From a virus, in IMG/VR virus record IMGVR_UViG_3300021963_000074, positions 26,743-90,742 of that record: DNA of 64,000 nucleotides. One strand, written 5' to 3'. Both the position numbers and the translations under genes were made by a program. Below, one piece after another: positions 39,084 through 48,644 of the stretch (its first letter is position 1; every line of letters begins with the position of its first letter). A model generated the notes under the pieces. It saw only the letters and a program-made list of their open reading frames with translations, did not search any database and was not told the origin of the DNA.

Positions 39084-42000
39084 TCAGGTGTTTGGTGACA
39101 ATGGATATGTGATATTAGCATTCGTACCAGTCATATACCAAGTATCACTATATATTTTTCGTAAAGTTATTGTACCGGCTGGGTAAATTTCTGCTTTAAC
39201 CCATTCTTGTGGATCTGGTGCAGGTAATGCTGTATAGTTTATCAGTGCCCCTGTATTGTCTATCACTGATAATTTTACAACAACATTAGTCTCGCATTCT
39301 ATAAACAAATTATTACCATAAAGTGAATCATTGATGATTTCAACTTTAGATCCAATTGGGAAATCAATATTTGCTTCATCAGGGATAACCAATGTTCTTG
39401 ATGAGGCAGCACGATCTATTATTACAGCATTATTATCTGTTAATGCTAATTTTCTTTCAGACGGGTTAGCAAACTCATTTACGGTAGTTACAATGTCTGA
39501 TGAACTAATAGTACCTTCACTACTAAATGTAATATTGCCCAAACTTACATTACCACCACTATCTGTAGTAATTGAAGTACCACCTAAATGAATAGTTGTG
39601 CCGCTTAACCATAAATCTTTAAATCTATTTGTTGCATTACCTAAATCATATGTAACATTGGCGTTAGGAATAACATTACCACCAACACTCATATCACCTG
39701 CTGTAGTCACATAATTGGCAAATACATTATTATAATATCGTGAACTATTACCTAAATTTATAGATAAATTTGAATAAGGCAATATTGTATTTGAATCATG
39801 GTGAAAACGGAATTTTTCATTTGCTGCTAAGAATCCTCCGGTAGCAAAAACTATATCACGGTGATCTACATCAGCAGTAGCTAACACTAAGTTACCTCCG
39901 TTGCCATTTTCCATGCCATGCACAAAGATATATCCGTCACTTGATTTAGTTATAGTATAATTAGCATCACTGAAATCAGTTCCAGTGAAGCCCATGTCAA
40001 TCCAACCTTCTGCATCACTACCACTATCCCCGTATGCTACCCAGTCAGCACTACCTTGATCCGATGCATTAACCATTGCTGATTGTACAAACTGAGTTCC
40101 TGTATCTTTTCCAACAAATACTTGATTTTGAAAACTAGAACCTTGTGCATTATTACCAGCAAACAAATGTATTCCCGCATTCATAGTAGAAAATGCATGT
40201 ATATGATTACCGTGTACATTACCTTGACTTGATATGCCGCCTACTACTCTTAATGCACCTGAAGTCATATTTGTACTTTGTACAGTGTTAGCAATAGTTA
40301 GTTGTGCGTCAGAGTTTAGTGTCAATGTACCGTTAGAAGTTAATCCTGATAATGTACCAACACTAGTAATATTTGGTTGATCATTAGTGTAAACTGTACC
40401 GGCTACTAATGCGTTACCTACTTGTCCACTTACATTTGCGCCTGCTACTGAGTTTGCAATGTTTGCATAATGCGATTGTACTGCACTTGTGACATTTCCA
40501 CTTACATTAGCACCTGCAATGTTGGAAATATAGATACCATTACCACTGAAATAACTTGCTGTTGCTAAGTTACCTAAGTTAGCATTTCCACTAGAAATAT
40601 TAGCAGTAACTGTCAAACTACTCAATGTTCCTACAGATGTTATATTTGGTTGTGCATTAGTTGTTACTGTTCCTGCATTTGTAGTTGACCCAGCACTAAT
40701 TGCATAAGTTGCATTTGCTACTGTACCTGAAACATTAGCACCTGCTATATTAGAGATAAATATTCCATTACCAGTAAAATAATTACTTGTTACTAAGTTA
40801 CCTAAGTTAGCATTACCACTAGAGACATTGCCTGTTACTGTTACACTTGCTAATGTACCAACACTTGTAATGTTCGGTTGTGCACCTGTTTTTAATGTAC
40901 CAGTATAATATGTTGAAGTAATATTGCCAGTAACCGTTAATATATTTGTTGATGTGTTGAACGTAAAATTAGCACTGGCCCCAGCATTGCCTTGTTCATT
41001 GAATATAACTTCTGTATTGCTACCAGGAGCAGAAATATTACCTATGATATTACCTACAATGAAGTTACCAATAAAATAATCAGCAGTCATATTACCAGTT
41101 GCAGTAACTTCATCACCTGCTAATGTAGTAGCATTAATATTACCAGCATCTACATTACCCACTACTTGTATTTTACCAGAAACATTTACATTGCCTGAGT
41201 TTACATTTGCAGTAATATTGGCATTGTTAAGTGCGATAACACTGGTAAAAGTTCCTAAATTAGGTGTATCATTACCTATAGACCCATTAACTTTTCCGTA
41301 TATATTAGCATTAACGTTACTAGCATTAATATTACCACCTACTGTTAATAGATTGGTTGCTTTGTTAAATGTAAATGTACTACTTCCACCAAACACACCT
41401 GAAGTATCGTTATATTGAACTTGTGTATTGCTACCTCCAGGCACTGCATTACCTGTAGGACTGATAGTTCCTAATGCATATCCTGTATTAGCTGTAGCTG
41501 GGAAAAATGCTACTGTGGATACAGCAGTAGTTAATGATGAATTAGTATATAAACTAAATGTAGTATTTGAAAGTCTTTTAACAAAATATAAATTAGTTCC
41601 ACCAACTCCACCTGTAGACAATTGAGTCATACCGGCTACGTTGCCAATAGTTACTTCTGCGGCAGATCCAAATAGATGATCAGTTTGTGTAGTGACTACA
41701 CCTGGATTAGCTTGACTTACATTAGCGATGTTAACAGTCAATACTCCGTTAGTAGTCCAATTAAGATTGCCCGCGCCGTCAGTCTGTAAAATATAACCGT
41801 TAACGCCACCATTAAGTTTAACATTGCTTATATTACCTAATGTGATTTCACCACCAGCATTTCCACCTACATTAACAATAGTGGTTATACTGCTTTGAAC
41901 ATTTATAGCTAACAGTTGTCCATCCTCAGGACTATTTAAATCTAGTGTAGAATTACTAGAACCAGTAATAGTTGAAAAGTCTATTGGACTAGCAGTAGTT

Positions 42001-42176
42001 AAAATTTCAGTTTGAGTTGTTTCTCCAGGTCCAATTGGTGGTACAATTGCTGGATCATTGCCTATATATAGACGTTGTTCGTCGGTTGCAAAACCTAGTT
42101 CCCCTATGTCAAGTTGGGGTAGGTCGTCATTTGCCCCGGTTCTGTGAATAATTTTGGAGATTTGTACGATGGCCAT
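39084..42176 (-). CDS. Tail fibre-like protein
   Basis: GELGFATD..RLYIGN N-terminus, QPNITSVGTL and GNANLGNL repeats. Confidence 0.78.
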   Translation of the reverse strand: MAIVQISKIIHRTGANDDLPQLDIGELGFATDEQRLYIGNDPAIVPPIGPGETTQTEILTTASPIDFSTITGSSNSTLDLNSPEDGQLLAINVQSSITTIVNVGGNAGGEITLGNISNVKLNGGVNGYILQTDGAGNLNWTTNGVLTVNIANVSQANPGVVTTQTDHLFGSAAEVTIGNVAGMTQLSTGGVGGTNLYFVKRLSNTTFSLYTNSSLTTAVSTVAFFPATANTGYALGTISPTGNAVPGGSNTQVQYNDTSGVFGGSSTFTFNKATNLLTVGGNINASNVNANIYGKVNGSIGNDTPNLGTFTSVIALNNANITANVNSGNVNVSGKIQVVGNVDAGNINATTLAGDEVTATGNMTADYFIGNFIVGNIIGNISAPGSNTEVIFNEQGNAGASANFTFNTSTNILTVTGNITSTYYTGTLKTGAQPNITSVGTLASVTVTGNVSSGNANLGNLVTSNYFTGNGIFISNIAGANVSGTVANATYAISAGSTTNAGTVTTNAQPNITSVGTLSSLTVTANISSGNANLGNLATASYFSGNGIYISNIAGANVSGNVTSAVQSHYANIANSVAGANVSGQVGNALVAGTVYTNDQPNITSVGTLSGLTSNGTLTLNSDAQLTIANTVQSTNMTSGALRVVGGISSQGNVHGNHIHAFSTMNAGIHLFAGNNAQGSSFQNQVFVGKDTGTQFVQSAMVNASDQGSADWVAYGDSGSDAEGWIDMGFTGTDFSDANYTITKSSDGYIFVHGMENGNGGNLVLATADVDHRDIVFATGGFLAANEKFRFHHDSNTILPYSNLSINLGNSSRYYNNVFANYVTTAGDMSVGGNVIPNANVTYDLGNATNRFKDLWLSGTTIHLGGTSITTDSGGNVSLGNITFSSEGTISSSDIVTTVNEFANPSERKLALTDNNAVIIDRAASSRTLVIPDEANIDFPIGSKVEIINDSLYGNNLFIECETNVVVKLSVIDNTGALINYTALPAPDPQEWVKAEIYPAGTITLRKIYSDTWYMTGTNANITYPLSPNT
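40565..40822. repeat. Internal direct repeat in fibre gene
   Basis: ctaagttacctaagttagcatt(t/a)ccactaga near 40565 and 40793. Confidence 0.7.
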
Positions 42177-42207
42177 AGTTTAATCTTTAGTTGATTAAAC
42201 TATTTAT
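42175..42207 (-). promoter_or_regulatory. Late promoter in an 11-bp hairpin covering the start codon
   Basis: GATAA-ATAGTTTAATC-AACTAAA-GATTAAACTAT-G. Confidence 0.75.
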
Positions 42208-42213
42208 CACGAT

Positions 42214-42900
42214 TTAAAGGAACTGCATATAGTATTGTTCTACTCGTTTAAACCACGTGTCTGTATACTTGTCAAATTCAGCACCCTCAATGATGAATTC
42301 CTGATACATAGCGTTAGGATCACACATAAAAATCACACCTTTGCGTATCTTTGTCCCATGTAATTCATTGTGTGCGTTAGCATAGGCTGCTAACTGAACA
42401 AAATAATCGTCAATCCATTCACGCTTCTTGGGTTTGTTTGTCTGCTTATGATCCATAATAGCTTCACTTCCATTATGTATACCACATAAGTCAGTAGTAC
42501 CTGCATATACTTTGGGGAAGTATAGTGGAACCTCAGTTCCCCAATATTCATTACAGTTAACTAATCCCTGCGTAATAATACTATGAGCCATAGTATGACT
42601 TTGAATACTATATGGGTTACTACCTGGTTCTCCTGTCTCGCCTGTCTTTATATAATTTTCAAGCCACTTGTGCATACGTGTGCCACGTCCTGCGGCTTCT
42701 GTAGTGATAGCTTGTGCTTGAACACTACCAACTCGTTTACGCCAGTTCTGTAATGCTTGTTTAGATTCTTCTGATTTAGTAGCATCTAGAATTGTAGTAA
42801 CACTGGGAAGTTTCTCACCGTCGGGAGTAGCGTATCTACGCTTGCCATCAATCTCTACACGTTGAAGAGGTTGATAGTTAAATTTATTGGGATTGTACAT
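42214..42900 (-). CDS. PD-(D/E)XK exonuclease
   Basis: LPSVTTIL, RGTRMH, AGTTD, DHKQT and QLAAYA motifs. Confidence 0.85.
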   Translation of the reverse strand: MYNPNKFNYQPLQRVEIDGKRRYATPDGEKLPSVTTILDATKSEESKQALQNWRKRVGSVQAQAITTEAAGRGTRMHKWLENYIKTGETGEPGSNPYSIQSHTMAHSIITQGLVNCNEYWGTEVPLYFPKVYAGTTDLCGIHNGSEAIMDHKQTNKPKKREWIDDYFVQLAAYANAHNELHGTKIRKGVIFMCDPNAMYQEFIIEGAEFDKYTDTWFKRVEQYYMQFL

Positions 42901-42906
42901 ATGGCA

Positions 42907-42936
42907 ATTGTACTACAAATTACTCAGTAGTACAAT
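42907..42936. promoter_or_regulatory. Palindromic sigma70-like promoter, potentially bidirectional
   Basis: TTGTAC-N17-TACAAT on both strands within a 10-bp inverted repeat. Confidence 0.6.
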
Positions 42937-42944
42937 GTATTTGG

Positions 42945-43319
42945 TTAATGTTTACTTTTATAATCAGCTACTGCGGCTTTGATTGCATCTTCAGCAAGGA
43001 TTGAACAATGGATTTTGACTGGCGGCAATGCGAGTTCTTCAGCAATTTCTGAATTTTTAATAGTTGCGGCTTCGTCCAACGTCTTGCCTTTAACCCACTC
43101 GGTAATGAGAGAGGAACTTGCAATCGCAGATCCACATCCGTATGTTTTAAATCTTGCGTCTTTGATGATGCCATTTTCTACCTTTATTTGAAGTTTCATT
43201 ACATCGCCACATGCGGGTGCGCCAACCATACCAGTACCAATATCAGTATCACTCTTATCAAAAGAGCCGACGTTCCTGGGATTCTCATAATGATCTATAA
43301 CCTTTTCTGAATATGCCAT
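42945..43319 (-). CDS. iscU: Fe-S cluster scaffold IscU
   Basis: HYENPRNVG, GAPACGD, GCGSA and LPPVKIHCS motifs. Confidence 0.96.
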   Translation of the reverse strand: MAYSEKVIDHYENPRNVGSFDKSDTDIGTGMVGAPACGDVMKLQIKVENGIIKDARFKTYGCGSAIASSSLITEWVKGKTLDEAATIKNSEIAEELALPPVKIHCSILAEDAIKAAVADYKSKH

Positions 43320-43321
43320 AT

Positions 43322-43645
43322 TTATACCCTAAAACTTTCTCCACATCCGCAACGGTCACGTTCATTAGGGTTCTTAAATTCAAACCCTTCATTTAGACCA
43401 CTGCGTACATAGTCAATTGTCATATTGTTCAAATAGACCTCATGTCTTTTATCAACTAATATAACAAATTCTGAGTATGCATAATTGATATCACTATCCA
43501 AATATGCATATTCATCAACGTATTCTAACACATAAGCTAGGCCACTGCAACCTGTGGTTTTCACACCTATGCGAATTCCTTTGCCGCCTCTTTTTTCTAG
43601 TAGTTTTATTATTTTGGATTTAGCGTTGTCAGTAATGGTTATCAC
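43322..43645 (-). CDS. iscA: Fe-S cluster carrier IscA
   Basis: TTGCSGLAY and NPN...CGCGESF motifs. Confidence 0.95.
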   Translation of the reverse strand: MITITDNAKSKIIKLLEKRGGKGIRIGVKTTGCSGLAYVLEYVDEYAYLDSDINYAYSEFVILVDKRHEVYLNNMTIDYVRSGLNEGFEFKNPNERDRCGCGESFRV

Positions 43646-43971
43646 TTTAATTGCTTCTGTGCCATTTTTTGTAATGTTTTTTGATTCTCATCTGGGCCGG
43701 GTGTTGCACCAAGTTCTTCTGCGCCCTCTTGACCCTTAAATACAACTTCATCTTTGTTTACATTATGAATTATATTTCTTAATGGGTCTTTTTTTACTAT
43801 ATCAAATAAATCGTTTTTATCTAATATAACATCATTCTGTTTTAGAAAATTTAATAACTCGTCAGTGGTAATTGTTTGACCACCTTTGCCGATGCGTTCT
43901 TTTAATTGGTTGGTAACTGCAACCAATTTCACACGCAATGGATCATCATCGGCAAATTCAAATAACTTCAT
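43642..43971 (-). CDS. Hypothetical protein (start revised to 43971)
   Basis: MKLFEF N-terminus. Confidence 0.7.
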   Translation of the reverse strand: MKLFEFADDDPLRVKLVAVTNQLKERIGKGGQTITTDELLNFLKQNDVILDKNDLFDIVKKDPLRNIIHNVNKDEVVFKGQEGAEELGATPGPDENQKTLQKMAQKQLK

Positions 43972-43972
43972 A

Positions 43973-44710
43973 TTATCGTGTTGAACGACCAACACCCGCT
44001 ACAGGGCTTTCCTCATCCGGTTCTTCTGGTAGATCAGGAAGTTCACCATCAGGCTGTTCGCCGCCCAAATCTTCCATATCACCTCCCATACCCATCTCAT
44101 CACCCATGCCGCCCATCTCATCACCCATACCACCCATGTCGCCACCTGGCATTCCCATGCCACCGCCTTGACCGGTAATAGTACCTAATGCGCCTGATAA
44201 TGTGCCTTTGCTCTGAGTTAGTGCAGCCTGTAGACTTGTCAATGCTTCGGTTACTTGTTGATTAAACTGTTCACCTTCATTTGTGCCGACTTCACTGTTA
44301 ACACCGTCAACAACTGCTGGTAGTTCTTTGACAAGCATATCACTGACTTGTTCAACCATCTTCTGCATAGCATCAACCATTTCTTGTGCGGCTAGAATAA
44401 CTTGTGATTTCTCAACTTGTTCATTCTCAAATACCATACGAGTGTTGTACAATGGCAATGCTTGAAGATCACCGTAGTGATGTTGTAAAGCCTGTTCCAT
44501 GAAAACAAGTTTTAAGTAAGCAGGATTACTTTCTGTATTAAGACCATTAGAACTCTGACGCATCTCAGTCATCAATTTGTTGACTTTACGCATCATACGT
44601 TGAGTATCATATAGGCTTATATTATCTAAATTGATACTGGTATTGAAATGCTCTTTTAGAGCCTTCTTAGCTACTGTAGCTGGTTTTGCATTAAATTCGG
44701 TTAGTTTCAT
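43973..44710 (-). CDS. Hypothetical, probable head core or internal protein
   Basis: MKLTEF N-terminus, helical core, GGMGDEM-repeat acidic tail. Confidence 0.6.
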   Translation of the reverse strand: MKLTEFNAKPATVAKKALKEHFNTSINLDNISLYDTQRMMRKVNKLMTEMRQSSNGLNTESNPAYLKLVFMEQALQHHYGDLQALPLYNTRMVFENEQVEKSQVILAAQEMVDAMQKMVEQVSDMLVKELPAVVDGVNSEVGTNEGEQFNQQVTEALTSLQAALTQSKGTLSGALGTITGQGGGMGMPGGDMGGMGDEMGGMGDEMGMGGDMEDLGGEQPDGELPDLPEEPDEESPVAGVGRSTR

Positions 44711-44753
44711 AGTTTTTCCTAGAGTACTGATTATATATTTATCATTCTATAAA

Positions 44754-45227
44754 TTATTTTATGGCTTCTGTGAACTTTTTGTTCTGCCAACGCTTGGTCT
44801 CTATCACATAGTTATCTAATTTAGACAATATATGATATTTTTTTACTCGGTCCTCGTTGAGTTTGATAAAGTATAAAGACTTAGAATCTATATTTTTTGT
44901 TTTTCTGCACAGTTTTTGATGCAATTCTAAGCTGGCCAATGTACTTTGCAATTTTGAGTCCAAATCTACGACAGAATTTGCATCTATAATTTTGTTACGT
45001 TTGTCCAATGTTGCCCAAACTACAGCATTACGTAAATTGAAAAAGGTATGCTCTACAAAAGTCTTGTACTTCTTGACGATGTAGCCCATATCTGTTTTCT
45101 CAATAGAATACTCGTCAAATAATTCGTATCCGTGTTTACCTTCTATAACTAGCATTTCTGCAAGTTGTTGTATTTCTTCTTTGCTCAATAATTTTTTCAA
45201 TATTGAGAACATATTAATTTCACTCAT
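44754..45227 (-). CDS. Hypothetical protein
   Basis: ORF overlapping the upstream stop. Confidence 0.68.
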   Translation of the reverse strand: MSEINMFSILKKLLSKEEIQQLAEMLVIEGKHGYELFDEYSIEKTDMGYIVKKYKTFVEHTFFNLRNAVVWATLDKRNKIIDANSVVDLDSKLQSTLASLELHQKLCRKTKNIDSKSLYFIKLNEDRVKKYHILSKLDNYVIETKRWQNKKFTEAIK

Positions 45228-45678
45228 CCGATAAGACCTCAAAATATATATTACTTAGTTCAGGGCTAGTGTCTAAGAAATTAGGTAGTTTGTTCCATTC
45301 TGTACCTATCTTAAGCATGGGGACACCCTCGCAATCCTGATATAAAGCACCCAAATTGTTTATACCATCGTCAAACACGTTTCTATGACTTATACTAAAA
45401 GTAAATGAAAACATGTCTTGGTCTTCTTCATCTTCAAATAAGAATCCAAATTTGCTAAATTCTTTGAAATTAATTTTCTCTTTAATTACATCTGATGTAT
45501 TTTCGGGCTGGCTTCGTAAATTGATTACTTGCAATAGTGTATCAAAATTGACTTGACGATTTCTATTTAATTGCCAAGTAGTTAACTGAGCCTCATCAAT
45601 ATTTGATGGGGGTTTTCTGTGCAATACACCGGTATTTGTTATATCAAATAGTGTAAAACATTTAATTGTATAGGACAT
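45220..45678 (-). CDS. Hypothetical protein
   Basis: ATG 4 nt after TATAAATA. Confidence 0.72.
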   Translation of the reverse strand: MSYTIKCFTLFDITNTGVLHRKPPSNIDEAQLTTWQLNRNRQVNFDTLLQVINLRSQPENTSDVIKEKINFKEFSKFGFLFEDEEDQDMFSFTFSISHRNVFDDGINNLGALYQDCEGVPMLKIGTEWNKLPNFLDTSPELSNIYFEVLSDE

Positions 45679-45695
45679 ACACTATTTATAGAGGT

Positions 45696-45724
45696 AAAAA
45701 AGCCCAAGAAATTCTTGGGCTTTT
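45696..45724 (-). terminator. Intrinsic terminator
   Basis: AAAAGCCCAAGAA-T-TTCTTGGGCTTTTTT. Confidence 0.85.
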
Positions 45725-45741
45725 GTCAAACTAAGTTTGAA

Positions 45742-46095
45742 TTAGCTAGTGAATGCTGCGCCAACTGAACTTGTACCGCCAGTAGCAGTATCTAAAGTTG
45801 TTGTTGTCCATGCACCTGTTGGGTAAACTGCAACTGCGATTGTATCTGTACCAGTGTTAGTTACTTCGTAGATATAGATAGTAGCTAATTGTTGGATTGC
45901 GTTGATGCAATTCAATAATACTGTACCGTCTGTAGCCAAATCAGCTAAAGCGATTGTGAAGAAGTCTAACTTTGGACCTTGTGGTTGAACTGGAGCTGCT
46001 GATGTAACTGCGTTAACTGCACCAACTGTATAGCTGGCTGCGTCATAGTTCATTACTGGTTGAAAGTCACCGTGAGTACGTGTTGTAAATGCCAT
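45742..46095 (-). CDS. Small probable virion protein
   Basis: A/T-rich 117 aa with its own TAAATA promoter, RBS and terminator. Confidence 0.65.
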   Translation of the reverse strand: MAFTTRTHGDFQPVMNYDAASYTVGAVNAVTSAAPVQPQGPKLDFFTIALADLATDGTVLLNCINAIQQLATIYIYEVTNTGTDTIAVAVYPTGAWTTTTLDTATGGTSSVGAAFTS

Positions 46096-46175
46096 GATAT
46101 TAATCCTTTAAATGTTTTGAATCATATAGATTCATACATTTATTTATGCCTGGAATAAAAAAATGTTGGTTTTGG

Positions 46176-47372
46176 TTAGCCTCTAGCAGCCAAATTTTGA
46201 CGGCTAAAGCCCATTCTGTTGATAAGTTTGATTCCATGACTGACAAAACCCTCTTGGGTTTGTGTGCCATCTGATAGATAACCCTTGACAGGGCTTTGTT
46301 CTGCTGCCTTATCTAGTTGCGGAACAACTTGCATTTTAAGATTGTATAAAGCTATCCATATTGAGAAAGCCGCAGTTATACCAGCAATGTTAGTGTCAAA
46401 GTGACCTGGCACATGTTCTGGTTGTCCAGTCTGCGGGTTTTGAACATCGTAACCAAACAGTTTCTTGTATACTGCTTCTGACATTTTTCTAGACTTAGCA
46501 AACTCTATAAATTCTTCTACTAAATTATCTAAATTACCTGCAACAATCTTTTTGTTAATGAATACTGTACACATCAATGGAAATACTGATTTGACCCCGG
46601 GTGGTACACGCAAGATAAATGCATCTGCGGCAGCTTTGTTCTTATCTATTTCTCTTTGAGTTTTAGCAATTGCAGTTTTAGTTAACTTTAATTGCGGAAC
46701 CATTGGCATCTTAGCAGGAATAATTGCAACATTGCTATTATTTTTTAACTTACCTATACTACCATTTAACAACTGTGCATATTGAACATTGTCTGCTTCT
46801 GGTGGAATATATTGATGTACGGCTATGCCACCCACTTTACCTTTAATTAGTTGTCCAATTTCGCTATTGGCTTCTATAGTATATGTGATGCCATTTGGAT
46901 TTGCTCTGAAAGTGTATAATCCGTTTTTCTCTTGTAGTGGCTGACTGAATAATAAGTCACCCCAGTAGAATCCTTTTCCTGAATATGATTTTTGCAACCC
47001 AGGCCATATTCTAGTAATGACGTTAACTAAATCACCACGCTCAATTCCTCTGGCTTTATCATAGGCAGCAAATGCTTGTGGACTAGTTACATGTCCTGAA
47101 CCATCTTTTTTGTTGAACATATGTTTATCGCAAACGATAAATTCACCGTCAAGACCAGTACCAAATATCAATGCAGGATAGCCGTCCCATTTAATTGTAA
47201 TAGCTCCTGGATTTTGAACAGTATCAACAATTGCTGTCAATCCTTGCTGTGCGCCTTGTCCACCTGTATGAAATACTAAATCCTCAGGATGTTCAACATG
47301 AGCCTTTGTTAGTTCTTGCTCATTCAATGATTCAAGTCTACTTACTAGACCTCTAATAGATTCAGTACTCAT
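46176..47372 (-). CDS. Ligase-like nucleotidyltransferase (DUF6267-type)
   Basis: HVEHPED, TIKWDG (motif I), QEGFV (motif IV), IKLINR (motif V). Confidence 0.6.
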   Translation of the reverse strand: MSTESIRGLVSRLESLNEQELTKAHVEHPEDLVFHTGGQGAQQGLTAIVDTVQNPGAITIKWDGYPALIFGTGLDGEFIVCDKHMFNKKDGSGHVTSPQAFAAYDKARGIERGDLVNVITRIWPGLQKSYSGKGFYWGDLLFSQPLQEKNGLYTFRANPNGITYTIEANSEIGQLIKGKVGGIAVHQYIPPEADNVQYAQLLNGSIGKLKNNSNVAIIPAKMPMVPQLKLTKTAIAKTQREIDKNKAAADAFILRVPPGVKSVFPLMCTVFINKKIVAGNLDNLVEEFIEFAKSRKMSEAVYKKLFGYDVQNPQTGQPEHVPGHFDTNIAGITAAFSIWIALYNLKMQVVPQLDKAAEQSPVKGYLSDGTQTQEGFVSHGIKLINRMGFSRQNLAARG

Positions 47373-48409
47373 TATCTTCTATAAAATCTACGGGTTTCAG
47401 TGACTTTAGGACGCATACTTGCTTGTGCATTTTTAGCTGCCAATTCTCGTTTAGCCGCATAATCAGTTGGGGCAGGAGCATCAGTCATTCCACCACGTGC
47501 AGCCATTGCAGCCTTCTCAAAGTCTTGTGATCGTTTATCAGATGGGTTTTGTTCTGGAGGCATAGTCTCAGGTCCACCTAATGATTTGTTCATTGCAGAA
47601 AATGCATTAGCCCCTACACTAGTATCTTTTGGTTGCACAGTGTTAGCAATATTTCCCATTACATTAGAACCAACTGGGTCGTTTGTTTGATATGGGCTTG
47701 TAGAATCTACATATTGTTGCATTGCTTTTTGATTCTTCTGACGCTTAGATGCTAAGTCTGTAGCCAAAGATGAAGTATTCATTTTATTAGCATTGCTCTT
47801 GCCAGTCATTATTTCTTTATACAAGTCGGCGTATTTTGTAGGATTCTGTTTATATAATACCTTCATGGCAGATTTTGTAATCTCTGACAGGTCATCTAAT
47901 CTTTCAGGTCCTGTTAATTTTTGTATTTGTTTAATTACATTAGTAGTAGTTGGCTCTAGCTGTGGTGCTGCCGCAGTTTGTTGTTGGGGCCTGCCTCCTG
48001 CTTGCGGGCCTGCACCATATTGTTGTGAGCCTGCACCATATTGTTGTGGACTATTTGAACCTTTAACATACCCTTGCTGATTGGTTGTTTGCTGAGACAT
48101 TAACATGTACATATAGTTCGCAAACTTATCAGGATTGTTGGCTAGTTTCTTTAACTGTTCTCGTTGTTCGTCATCAACTTTTGCATTATACTTTGCTAGA
48201 TAAGAATCTACATACTTGTTTGTATCAAACGGGACTCCTGATCTTCTAGCACTATCTTTGTTGAGTTTTAATTTTTGCTTTAAATCGTTAATAAATTTAA
48301 TTTTTGTGGCAGATTGATTGGCAGAGTTTCCACCATAACCGGTAGCTTTATATATTCCGGATCTTATAGCATCCCCGATGCCCTCAACAATGACTTCTTT
48401 AAGTTTCAT
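47372..48409 (-). CDS. Hypothetical low-complexity protein, probably internal to the virion
   Basis: MKLKEVIVEG N-terminus, QQYGAG repeat. Confidence 0.65.
   Translation of the reverse strand: MKLKEVIVEGIGDAIRSGIYKATGYGGNSANQSATKIKFINDLKQKLKLNKDSARRSGVPFDTNKYVDSYLAKYNAKVDDEQREQLKKLANNPDKFANYMYMLMSQQTTNQQGYVKGSNSPQQYGAGSQQYGAGPQAGGRPQQQTAAAPQLEPTTTNVIKQIQKLTGPERLDDLSEITKSAMKVLYKQNPTKYADLYKEIMTGKSNANKMNTSSLATDLASKRQKNQKAMQQYVDSTSPYQTNDPVGSNVMGNIANTVQPKDTSVGANAFSAMNKSLGGPETMPPEQNPSDKRSQDFEKAAMAARGGMTDAPAPTDYAAKRELAAKNAQASMRPKVTETRRFYRR
48007..48049. repeat. 21-bp tandem repeat (2 copies) encoding QQYGAG
   Basis: gcctgcaccatattgttgtg(a/g) twice. Confidence 0.8.
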
Positions 48410-48644
48410 CCTTTTTCCTTAGGCTTTTACTGAATCTACCCTGGTCTCGGGCCTTTATAGCACTAAGTAATTTTCGCTCTAGGATCTGCGCTTTTTCTGG
48501 ATCATAATTTTTATTAATCATTTCCAATAGATTTATTGCGCTGGTGATTATATTATGGGCTCGGCTTTCTATGATATGTTTGGTATCACGATTACTGCCA
48601 ATAGCTTCTAATTCCTCTAAGAGGCTGCGAGTTTTTCTTTGCAT
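48399..48644 (-). CDS. Hypothetical protein (start revised to 48644)
   Basis: MQRKTRSLLEEL with TAAATA and AGGA upstream. Confidence 0.72.
   Translation of the reverse strand: MQRKTRSLLEELEAIGSNRDTKHIIESRAHNIITSAINLLEMINKNYDPEKAQILERKLLSAIKARDQGRFSKSLRKKDET

Noticed and set aside
42214-42900. Cas4 or CRISPR association
   Set aside because: Lacks the four-Cys Fe-S pattern of Cas4, and no repeat-spacer array or cas genes were seen.
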